45,344 nucleotides of DNA from positions 1 through 45,344 of the forward strand of contig NW_021834713.1 in assembly GCF_006345805.1 (NCBI RefSeq), given 5' to 3'. Under the pieces are notes generated by a model, which worked only from the letters and a program-made list of their open reading frames with translations, was not told the origin of the DNA and made no database searches. Below are positions 11,401 to 21,932 of the stretch, one piece after another. This DNA is from Octopus sinensis (taxonomy: Eukaryota). How positions within the stretch are numbered: the first letter of the stretch is position 1; the number at the start of each line of letters is the position of its first letter. The position numbers were made by a program, and so were the translations under genes.

Positions 11401-11425
11401 TGTACTTTATAGTAGAAAGGATAAT

Positions 11426-11446
11426 TATAATAATAATTACTACTAC

Positions 11447-11478
<32 letters not shown>

Positions 11479-11500
11479 TATTATTATTAGCAGCAGCAGC

Positions 11501-11572
<72 letters not shown>
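11426..11572 (+). repeat. (ATT)n-(AGC)n-(AGT)n compound microsatellite
   Basis: Direct reading. Confidence 0.95.
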
Positions 11573-11573
11573 C

Positions 11574-11790
11574 AAGGCAGCGAACAGGTAGAATCGTTGG
11601 TATGCCTAACACAATGCTTAACAGTGTTTCGTCCATCACGCTATTTTGAGTTCAAATTACGCCGAGATCAACATTGTCTTTCATCCTTTCGGCATCGATA
11701 AATTAAGTACCACTGAAACACTGAGGTCAATATGATCGACTAGTTCCTTTCCCAAAAATTTTCAGGCCTTGTGCCTTTAGTAGAAAGGAT
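11574..11790 (+). mobile_element. SINE-B monomer (tail 2) running into (ATT)n/(ATC)n
   Basis: Diverged head and body; tail caggccttgtgcctttagtagaaaggatt. Confidence 0.8.
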
Positions 11791-11813
11791 TATTATTGTT
11801 ATTATTATTATTA

Positions 11814-11865
<52 letters not shown>

Positions 11866-11878
11866 CATCATTATTATT

Positions 11879-11909
<31 letters not shown>

Positions 11910-11944
11910 ACATCCTCCTCCTCCTCATCATCAGCATCATTATT

Positions 11945-12713
11945 ATTTTTTTAATGTATTTGCACAGCTTCTAACGACGGTGTCAGCTGTTCACTACCAG
12001 AGAACGAAAGTAACACCCCTTATTTTTAGAGCATCATCCGGAGTATTCCAGCGGTTCGAGCTATGTTGTTTTCTTCTACTGTGTTCACATCCAATCAGTC
12101 CTCCTGCCCCTCTTTTTTTTTGTACATACAGTCTATCTGTGCCACTTTATGGGTGGAGTATCCCATATTTAGTCAGTAATTTCCTTGTCTTTCTGTCTAA
12201 GCTGTTTAGTTCGTCTACTGTCCATGCTCCATATCTAAGGAGTGAAACCGTCCAGGTGTTGATAGCTTCAATCTTATTCCGTCCGTTTAATTTCGACTTA
12301 AGTATCAGTCTCAGTTTGCGCAAGTACTTCACCTTAAATTTTTCTGTCATTTCTTTCTCATCAATTTATCCATTTCCAAAATCCACAAGTCCTTATAGCC
12401 CGTCTCTTCTATCTGCTTCATAACATCCTCCGACGGTATAGTTAGGCCGTCCATACATTTGATTTTGCTTCTCTTCAAGTCTAACACACTACACTTTCTC
12501 AGTCCGAACTCCATTCTGATATCAGCATTGAAAGTATACACCATATCAACGAGGAAACTGGCTTGGGATTCATCTTTACAAAAAAGTTTGAGGTCATCCA
12601 TGAATAACAAATGGTTAACTTTTTGTTGGCGACTTCTGAATACACACCCAGCTCTTGCTTTCCTCAGAATCAGTGTTAGTGGTATCAAGCACAGTACAAA
12701 AATCAATGGGGAA
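11945..12713 (-). pseudogene. R4/Dong-like LINE: RT C-terminal half joined by internal deletion to the 3' end
   Basis: SPLIFVLCLIPL..NHLLFMDDLKL..MEFGLRKC; LKSKLNGRNKIEAINTW; VEENNI joined to a degenerate TAGILRMML C-terminus; ends at (TAA/TGA)n. Confidence 0.85.
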
Positions 12714-12930
12714 AAGGCGACGATCTGGCAGAATTGTTAGCACTCCGAGTAAAATTCTTTATGGCATTTCGTCTGTCTTTACGTTCTGAGTTCAAATTCC
12801 ACCGTTGTCGACTTTGCCTTTCATCCTTTTGGGGTCCATAAATTAAGTACCAGTCTAGTACTGGGTCGATAAAATCGACTATACCCCTCCCCACAAATTT
12901 CAGGCCTTGTGCCTATAGTAGAAAGGATTA
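12714..12930 (+). mobile_element. SINE-B monomer (tail 2) with (ATT)n tail
   Basis: Complete head, body and tail. Confidence 0.85.
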
Positions 12931-12945
12931 TTATTATTATTATTA

Positions 12946-12995
<50 letters not shown>

Positions 12996-13014
12996 TATTA
13001 TTATTATTATTATT

Positions 13015-13620
13015 CAGTAGTTTTATTTTTATAGCGTGCTTCACTTCACTACCGAGCGCAGCTCTGTGTGCCTTGGGTATGTGCTGTGATTTGTTGTGAT
13101 GCTCTGATGGTTATTGTATGGAAAGTGTTCTGCGTAGGATGTGTGCAGTGCCTAGTAGTGCAATTTTCTGTATGTTATATGTGTTGTAAGTACTGGTGTT
13201 TTTGTTATGTATTTGTCTGAATATTTTTTATCATGCCTAATGCACCTACTATGATAGGAATTGTTTCTGTTTTCAGGTTCCACATTCTAGTTACCTCTAT
13301 TTCCAGGTCTTTGTATTTTGAGAGTTTCTCCATTTCTTTTTGAGACACGTTGTCATCTGCCGGTATTGATACATCAATTAGAAAGCATTTTTTTTCTTCA
13401 TGATCTCTATATACAACTATATCTGGTCTGTTGACCTTAATTTCTCTATCTGTGTGTATCGGCATATCCCAGAGTATGGTTGCTTTCTCGTTTTCTGTGA
13501 CCTTTTCTGGTGTGTGCCTATACCATCTTTTTTCTGTTGTTATTCCATAATGTTGGCATAGCTACCAATGTATGTAGGTTCCAACTCTGTCATGTCTGTG
13601 AATATATTCCTTCTTGACCA
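13015..13620 (-). pseudogene. R4/Dong-like LINE RLE endonuclease domain and 3'UTR with (TAA)n tail
   Basis: HRHDRVG..NRPDIVV..LIDVSIP..EKLSKYKDLEIEVTRMW..IPIIVGALG..QKIALLGTAHILR. Confidence 0.9.
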
Positions 13621-13621
13621 G

Positions 13622-14130
13622 GATTCAAGAATCTTGCAAAGAATTCTTGCAGTTCCAACCAATGCTGATTTTTGTAGGTGTTCTACTTTTACATTTGTAC
13701 CATTCGTTTTGAGTCATGTTTGTAGCTGAGTGCGCGAATTACTATTGGTATCACCTCTACTCTACTCATTGACCACAAACTTTGTATTTCCCACTTCAAA
13801 TCGTCGTTGTTGATCAGTTTTTCTTCTTTCTCTTTGATCCTGTTGTCACTGGGACATACTATGTTGATTATCATGCATGTTCTTTCTTTCTTTTTTTTTT
13901 TTTTTCAACACAACCATGTCCAGTTCCGATGTCTGGTCAGGTGATCGCACTGAATCATTGCATCCCACAAGGTTTTGCAATTTTAATTCTCGGTGACTCC
14001 TCCTGGGATTTTCTCATACCACGTCTTTGCTCTTTGTAGGCCGTGATTTCCACAGAGCTCTCGATGGATCATTTCTTGCCACATTGTCATGGCGTCTTTT
14101 GTATTCGCGTTGTGCCAATTTCATAGAGCA
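13622..14130 (-). pseudogene. Second R4/Dong-like RLE domain fragment
   Basis: KLAQREYKRRHDNVA..CPSDNRIKEKEEK..DLKWEIQSLW..VIPIVIRAL..QKSALVGTARIL. Confidence 0.85.
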
Positions 14131-14615
14131 TATTATTTCTTTGTGGCGTGTACTGTAAATTTGCATTAGTATGTCGAAGAAAGAGTTCCAACAGCCCCAC
14201 GGTGAACATGTTCAAAAACTAATGCGCAAAACACATTTAAGAAGGAAGAATGATGCAACATCGAATTTCTGAGAAAAATTGAGTCGTAATTACCACTCCT
14301 TCGTATATTAACGGAATAAAACCTGCAGACGAGTATAAAATTCCAAGCTTTTCTCATTTATTCTCAGCTGCTGACTTCATAAATGGCGTCTAAGGCAACA
14401 AGCACATTATTAGTATTTTGTACGTAATCAATTAAATGCTGCCAAAGAAACTTGGAATAGCGACGGAGTGACGCTTCTCACACGTCAATATTACCTCATG
14501 CATTATTGTTATTAGATTTTTGGTTATTGTAAAACAATAAACACGATATATGGTGACAAGAAATATTGAAACATTGGAATCTGGTATATAATTGGCAAAT
14601 ATCGCTGCAAATCGT

Positions 14616-15031
14616 GGATCTTTTCGGTTTGATCGGCAGTTTTTTCTAGCGGTGTCATATGAAATTGTCAACCATAATTATGACCCTAGTATCGATCTAT
14701 TGCATTTCAATCTCTTTTAGGGTTAGGGTTAGGGTGGAGGAAGGGTATCTTTTTTCTTCACAAATGTAAATAAACCCCAATCTGTTTCTTAAACGAGGGA
14801 CATATTCATACGGCGCAGAATGTTTTCACCTCAATAGACGTCATTGATTGGTTGAAATTGCAGAAACTGAAGAAAAAAAACAACAAATATCTTACAAACT
14901 ATAGAATTTTCTCAATAAAGTCAAGAGAAAAAGATGTTTTATAATCACATTCTACCAGTATACGAAGTTTAACAGTGTTTAGTTACGTGGAAATTATTTT
15001 TAAAAAACTGCCGGTCAAACCGAAAAGATAC
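14616..15031. mobile_element. MITE with ~30-bp TIRs and 8-bp TSD (Merlin-like), internal (TTAGGG)3
   Basis: TIRs ggatcttttcggtttgatcggcagtttttt / aaaaaactgccggtcaaaccgaaaagatac; TSD caaatcgt on both sides. Confidence 0.8.
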
Positions 15032-15929
15032 CAAATCGTAGAAGAATCCAAATACATTTCATCCTATTGATTAAAGTTTGTATACTTACAGTGAAAAACT
15101 AGAGCAGTTTTACGTGGACCAGACGTTAAGTTCCCGCCCTTTTATTACTCATTGAAAATTGCATATATTCCTTTTGAACAGCACCAAGGAAAATAAGAGA
15201 GGGAACATATAACATTCTGAGAATGGTTTTAATTCAAAACTTTTAGTTGTTACTGAGAGATTTCGACTACACAAAATTCAGATAAGAACTGGAAAATTCT
15301 TCATATTTTTCTTAGAAATTCTGAGAAAGTTGTTGGAAACCTTGAATTAGATCATAATCTATATGAAAGCATAAGAATGTAATTTATTTGTAGACTTAAA
15401 AAATGAACTTCTTCAAAGAAGATTGCTATTTGAAACAGCTATGTTTGCTGGCTGCTATGATTAGGCGCAAAGCGAATCAGTTGCAGTGCAGACTTCAACG
15501 TGACGGGTTGGGTATCTCCATCATAGGTGCGCGTGCTGATGAGGGTGAGGCTATTATGTCATTCCAGAAACCGGTCCACGTGAGTCCAAATACTTGAATG
15601 TATGCTGAGAGATTGTGTTAGGCCGTTTGCCTTCGGACGGCTGATTTCTGAAGTTATTATCAGTATATTTTGGCGATTTAAATAACAGTTTTGACTGTTA
15701 TTTCCAGCAGGTAGACATGCTTAGTATGTCCTTTGATTAATTTTAAATCCTTCAGCTATTTAATGCCTTTTTGGGGCCTGCAATCCCCTATATTATTGAT
15801 TCTGTCATTACCATTCTTAAATTGTTACACTAGATAGTAATAGAGTCAATGGTATCTTCGCAAGTATCTTCTCGTGAGTTATTTGCACCCTATTGAATAT
15901 GTGTTGTGTGCATGCATGCATATATATAT

Positions 15930-15976
<47 letters not shown>

Positions 15977-15983
15977 TATATAT

Positions 15984-16901
15984 GTTAATAAAATAGAACA
16001 TATGCATATATATAAAATATATGTACGTACCACCTCTACATGTAATATTACACGCATAATGTGTACAGGACACCAAAAAGGACGTCGAACCATAGAGAGA
16101 CGAAACACATAGACACAAACCAAGGAACAAGACAAGCAAAAAAAAGGAGAGAGATACAGGACAATAAGCACAACGAAAAATCCCCTTCTTCAGTCGCTAA
16201 GATTTCCATCTACTAAAAGTTTCGAAGGATAAAGCGAGACGTATTACTTCGAAGAAAAATTCCTTCCCGCGAAAAGCAATCAATTAAAATTCTGAGATCT
16301 TTTGCAGAGATGGGTTAAAAAAAAAAAAGCAAGACGGTAACGACAGACAAACATATAAACAGTAAAAAATATATATATAAACAGTGGAAAAAATAATATA
16401 TAACAGTGAGAGACGGACAAGGAGAACAGATAAGAAGGGCTGTTAACGCCAGACGAAAAAAGTATTGCAAACGCCTGGATTATCGTGGAAGACGAGAGAG
16501 GGAAAATTGCCGACCAGAAGCCTTACAAGGCGGGGAGAAGAGAAAGGACAGGATAGCAGTTACGACGGAAGTATCGTCGCAGATGGATGACGGGAATGGG
16601 GGAGGGGAGGAGCAAGAGGAGAGAGAGAAGAAGGGGAATGGTGCGAGGAGACCATGAAGAATGGTGAAAGGGAGAGGAGAATGAAGAATGAGAGAGAGAG
16701 GAAGAGACAAGTTAAGTGAGGGGAAAAAAAGACGAAAAAGGGAATGGGAGAGAAAGAAAGAAAGATGCAGAGTCGCGTGAGAGTTAATATCAAGGTAACT
16801 TGATAAACAGAACAATTTTACTTAAATAGGGTGCGTGCGTTTGTCGTATAATATGTAATAAATAGAACATATGCATATATATAAACATATATGTACGTAC
16901 C
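15984..16901 (-). mobile_element. Penelope-like element with a ~45-bp terminal direct repeat
   Basis: aaatagaacatatgcatatatataaa(c)atatatgtacgtacc at about 15990 and 16860; hammerhead-like half motifs at 16182-16254. Confidence 0.5.
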
Positions 16902-17227
16902 TATATATATATGCATATATATTGGCCTGCTCGCTTAGCCAGCGGGTGGGTGGCGTCATTCAAAGGCTTAAAACAATGCGAAGCATTGTGACCAGCGATG
17001 TGTAACATCTGATGGTCTGGTCGGCACGTGATCACGTGATATGATATTATATATTATATATATATATATAATATATATATATATATATTATAATATATAT
17101 AATTTATATATAATATATTATATATATTTGTATGTATGTATGTATGTACGTATATATGTACGTAAGTGTGTATGTATGTATATATATACAAAACACGCAT
17201 ACATATATATACGTATGTATGTATACA

Positions 17228-17332
17228 TGGTCCGGTCGTCGGTGACTCAACCGAAACCCCCATAGGCTTACCTGATGAGAAGGGTTGCTAGAAACCCAGC
17301 ATGACCAAAATCAATACCGGTTAAAAGGGCGT
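17228..17332 (+). mobile_element. 5' fragment of the RTE-related element seen at 34676
   Basis: tggt..gtcgtcgg(t/c)gact..aaccg..gcttg/a..tgag.aggg..aaagggcg colinear with 34676-34782. Confidence 0.55.
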
Positions 17333-17346
17333 ATGAATCTAACATA

Positions 17347-18105
17347 TACGATAGTGGGCTGAGAAGTTCCTAGACTGACCAAGATACTCTCATGGAATGT
17401 GATCAAATGGGGTTTATTTTTCAACATAGTTCCCCTGTCGGTTCACACACTTCTTCCATCGGTGTTGCAGTACTTGGATACCATTGGTGAAGAAGCTTTC
17501 ATCCTGTTGGTCAAAAACGTCATCAGAAGCAGATATGACGTCATCATCACTACCGTATTGGTTCCCAGCCTTATGTCTTTTCGTGTTAGGAATAGACAAT
17601 AGTCAGATGGGTCCTAATCAGGAGAATAGGGATGGCGATCAACCAGTTAAAACCACAGTCACGCAGAGCAGTCACTGAAACCAAGGACTTGTGTGCTGGA
17701 GCATCGTCCTCATGAACCAAGATCTCTTTCGGTATTTGGGCTTGATAGCCTTTCGTACTTGCCTCAGCAAGACGGCATAGTACTCTCTATTGGTGGTATG
17801 GCCCTTTTCAAGAGAGTCAATAAAATCAATAAAATAGTGCATTTTGCATCTTTAAAAGTTGGGGTCCATCATCTTTCCAGTAGATGAAACAAACTTGAAC
17901 TGGTAAGGAAGGGTGTTTCCACTACATGGATTGTCCTCTTTGTCTCTGGGTCAAAGTGGGGAAGCCAACCATCATCCTAGGTTAAGAAATGTTCAAGGAA
18001 ACCAACTTGATCTGCGTCAAACAAAGTCACATTTTCCAGTGCTGTGATCAGCCTGGTATGCTTTTGATCAGTCGTCAGCAGACGGTCACGAGTGGATAGC
18101 CATCA
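17347..18105 (-). pseudogene. Mariner (DD34D) transposase remnant, irritans-like
   Basis: RLLTTDQKHTRL..HFDPETK..DAPAHKSLV..YSPD..PSDY..FFTNGIQVLQHRWKKCV..NYVEK*. Confidence 0.85.
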
Positions 18106-18282
18106 TGTGTGCGCGCGCACGTGTGTAACATCGAAAATCTTAATGTGAAGATGCTTCGAAGAAATGATTGAAGAACAATATTTGCATGATCATCAAGATG
18201 GCCATTTATTATATATCAATTATTATGTAATTACAATGTTAAAGATGATTATAATGCAAGTCGTTACAATATATAATATACA

Positions 18283-18687
18283 GGCGCAGGAGTGGCTGTG
18301 TGGTAAGTAGCTTGCTAACCAACCACATGGTTCCGGGTTCAGTCCCACTGCGTGGCATCTTGGGCAAGTGTTTTCTGCTATAGCCCCGGGCCGACCAATG
18401 CCTTGTGAGTGGATTTGGTAGAGGGAAACTTAAAGAAGCCTGTCGTATATATGTATATATATATATATAAGTGTGTGTGTATATGTTTGTGTGTCTGTGT
18501 TTGTCCCCCTAGCATTGCTTAACAACATATGCTGGTGTGTTAACGTCCCCGTCACTTAGCGGTTCGGCAAAAGAGACCGATAGAATAAGTACTGGGCTTA
18601 CAAAAAATGAGTCCTGGGGTCGATTTGCTCGACTAAAGGCGGTGCTCCAGCATGGCCGCAGTAAAATGACTGAAACAAGTAAAGAGT
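18283..18687 (+). mobile_element. SINE-A copy
   Basis: Full-length homology. Confidence 0.9.
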
Positions 18688-19243
18688 ATACCACTTCGTC
18701 GAATTGTTTGTGTGTAACCGCTGGTTTGTAGCTGCAATAGAATATTTGTCTTTGGTTCCTCGGTTCATTGTGTATATTAGTTAGCAGTTTAGTTTCATCT
18801 CAGTGGCTGCTAGCGAGAAAGACAGAATGAAAGGAATGTGTGCAGATAGAAGCGGTACGAAGTCTACGTTCGCACGTTGGTCAATATACTGAGAAGAGTT
18901 GCTCTTTAACCATTCGACCGATCGATCCAAAAGGTTGTGTTGCTCAAATGCCAAACGCCGAGTGACCCAAGAGGTCGAGTGATATATGCTTGTGTGTTTA
19001 CAACTTCTCTAATTAACGTAGAACGAGCTAAATCTATAGGGCCCCTCGCCTCTAATCATGTCTGATCCGAGGATGACTGGAAAAGGTTTGAGAGGTCAAT
19101 TCATTTCCATTAATGTCTCAGTGCAGAAAGGCGAAAACAATAAGCTGAGGATTTGTTTGACAATGTGAAAAACCGTGAATTTGCTTTCGAATTTCAGCTT
19201 AGCTATTCTGTAGCAATTCATTACATATGTATATGCATATAAA

Positions 19244-19249
<6 letters not shown>

Positions 19250-19276
<27 letters not shown>

Positions 19277-19480
19277 TTGTGGGGTGTTTGTCCCATACTA
19301 CTTGACATTCGGTATTGGTTTGTTTACTTTCTTACCGCCGTGTAGTTTGGTTTCAGAGATCGACAGAATAAGTATCCGACTTAAAAATAATTACTAGGTT
19401 CAATTTGATGGACTAAACCCTCTAAAGCGGTGCTCCAGCATGACCACAGTCCTACGAATGCTACTAATAAAAGATGAAAG
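19250..19480 (+). mobile_element. Degenerate SINE-A 3' half
   Basis: gaataagta..gcggtgctccagcatgaccacagtc. Confidence 0.6.
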
Positions 19481-19621
19481 ATACAAATATTACTTTTAAT
19501 TTAATTTATATTTCATTACTCCAGCATTTCGTTCTCGAATGTGAAGTAATTACAATAATAATCAATGAATTTTAATTGACAAGAATTGAATTTCACCTTA
19601 ATTAATATTGGAATACAAGTA

Positions 19622-19840
19622 CGGCGGCGAACTGGCAAAATCGTTTGCACGCCGGGCAAAATGTTTTGCGGCATTTCGTCCGTCTGTCTATACATTCTGA
19701 GTTCAAATTCCGCCGAGGTCACGTTGCCTTTCATCCTTTCAGAGTCGATAAAATAAGTACCAGTTGCGCAATTGTGTCGATATAATCGACTTACCTCTCC
19801 CCCGAAATTGCTGACCTTGTGCCAAAATTTGAAACCAATT
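19622..19840 (+). mobile_element. SINE-B monomer (tail 2 variant)
   Basis: Head ggcggcgaactggc; tail ccttgtgccaaaatttgaaa. Confidence 0.85.
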
Positions 19841-20760
19841 TTAGAATACAAGTATTGTACAGTACAGTACAGCTGGTACAGTATGAAGTACAGTACAGTA
19901 TAATACAGTACAACTAGCCAGCACTTGCGAGCGAGTATGGTTTCGTAACGTACGATACTTTCGTTAATTGTTTTAAGTGCCCTTGTAGTAACCGACAGAG
20001 ACATCATCGCTGCCCTTTTACCCATAACATAGTGAAACATTCAGGTATAACAGATGGAGGTAAAGAGATCTGCACCAGTATTCACTTGGCACTCATTTGC
20101 TCATGGACACAACGCACAACCATAGAATTGAACACAAGATCTTACGCTCGTGTATCGAACAACTTAACTACTCTATAATTTAGTTCTAGATACTGCAGTC
20201 CTAGGGAAAAGATGGGATGGTTATAGATGGACTATTGTTAGTCACATAAATGCTCAACCAGGTCTGAGCTGGGGCCAATGCTTAAAAAATTTGTTCTAAG
20301 TAAATTATTCTCCGTTGAATCTACAAGCAATTAATCTCATCCAGCAGGAGAGCGTACATAATGTCATGTGGCCTGTTAAAATTACCCCAAAAAGATGAAA
20401 ACCGAAGTTGACCCTGAGCGGGTTTTGAGCTCAGAATGTAAAGGAGTGTAAGTAAATATGGAAGGTCATTCGGTCCACCTTTCTATCCATTCTGCCAATC
20501 TATTGCCCTGGACAATGTGTAATTAACGGTTTCTGTGAGACGAAGTTGTGACAGACTAGCGTCCAAGAAAGTGGAAGACATATCATTTGTTTGCGGTTTA
20601 ATAATCTAAGACAGTCACCCAAGCAGCATTAAGGGGCCCGCGGGCAAATTATTGCACTGAGCCCTATATTTCTTAAGTGTAAATCACAGCATACATTGAT
20701 CAGAATTAGGCCCTTAGATTTGTGAGGTCACCGGGCATCGGCACTGATCTAAGACAATAC

Positions 20761-20990
20761 CTATTTCTTTACTACCCACAAGGGGCTAAACACAGAGGAC
20801 AAACAAGGACAGACAAACGGATTAAGTCGATTATATCGACCCCAGTGCGTAACTGGTACTTATTTAATCGACCCCGAAAGGATGAAAGGTAAAGTCGACC
20901 TCGGCGGAATTTGAACTCAGAACGTAGCGGCAGACGAAATACTGCTAAGCATTCCATCCGGCGTGCAACGATTCTGCCAGCTCGCCGCCT
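20761..20990 (-). mobile_element. Young full-length SINE-B monomer (tail 1) with a 13-bp TSD
   Basis: TSD tctaagacaatac at 20748-20760 and 20991-21003. Confidence 0.92.
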
Positions 20991-21207
20991 TCTAAGACAA
21001 TACAAAAGTCCAATGTAATAGCTCTGTTCCAAATGAATTGAAAATTTATATCAACACTCTGTTGTCAGATAAATTCGTTCGTTTTTTGTATCTTTTTGTG
21101 AGGCTGTTTTTCCCCCTACTTGGCACATCGCTGTCATATATCTGAAAATAGGTATATTTAATTCAAATTTCAAAAAACGATGAACAAATGTATAATAAAC
21201 AGAACTG

Positions 21208-21610
21208 GTATCATAGCGGTATCATATGAAATTGTCACCCATAATTATGACCCTAGAATCGATCTATTGCATTTCAATCTCTTTTAGGGTTAGTTTGGGT
21301 TAGGGTTAGGGGTGGGGGAAGGGTATCTTTTTTTCTTCACAAATGTAAATAAACCCAATCTGTTTCTTAAACGAGGGACATATTCATACGGCACAGAATG
21401 CTTTTTAACTCAATAGACGTCACTGATTGGTTGAAATTGCAGAAATTGAAGAAAAAAAAAACAACAAATATCTTACAAACCATAGAATTTTCTCAATAAA
21501 GCCAAGAGAAAAAGATGTTTTATAAACACATTCTACCAGTATACGAAGTTTAACTTTTTTTAGTTACCTAGAAATTATGTTAAAAACTGCCGTTCAAACC
21601 GAAAAGATCC
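21208..21610. mobile_element. Second copy of the Merlin-like MITE (left TIR mostly deleted)
   Basis: Colinear with 14616-15031; imperfect 8-bp TSD cagaactg/cagagctg. Confidence 0.8.
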
Positions 21611-21932
21611 CAGAGCTGCAAAAAAAAAAAAAAAAGAAAAGAAAAGAAAGTAAATAGTTCTCGTGTTAATTCAGATAGAATTGGAAAGTGTTAAAATAAA
21701 TGAGGTGGGAGGGAACGAATGAATTTATCTACCAATACAATATTGCTTTGTTTGTCACAGCATCTGTTTGAATATTACGCTTTTAACAGCCTTAAAATTA
21801 TTGCAATGAAATCGAGGTCCAATAGAATCAATGTCAGAGAAATCAATAAATTTACTCATCGATATAGTAAATATATAGAATTTGGAGATTTTGCAAGTGT
21901 CATTATTGATTAAGGTATTAAATAATACAGAA

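Larger units (their letters stand above)
10945..11425 (+). mobile_element. SINE-B (tail 2) interrupted by a palindromic insertion
   Basis: Body 10945-11066; tail tagaaaggat resumes after the TSD at 11413. Confidence 0.7.

Noticed and set aside
14718-14736. Telomere or interstitial telomeric fusion site
   Set aside because: Only three TTAGGG units, inside a dispersed MITE present twice.
17272-17300. ctgatga...gaaac hammerhead-like text
   Set aside because: No stem II pairing, and the homologous segment near 34711 lacks the core.
18283-18355. tRNA gene
   Set aside because: A/B boxes belong to SINE heads, continue into repeat bodies and do not form a full cloverleaf; the same applies to 42510-42584.
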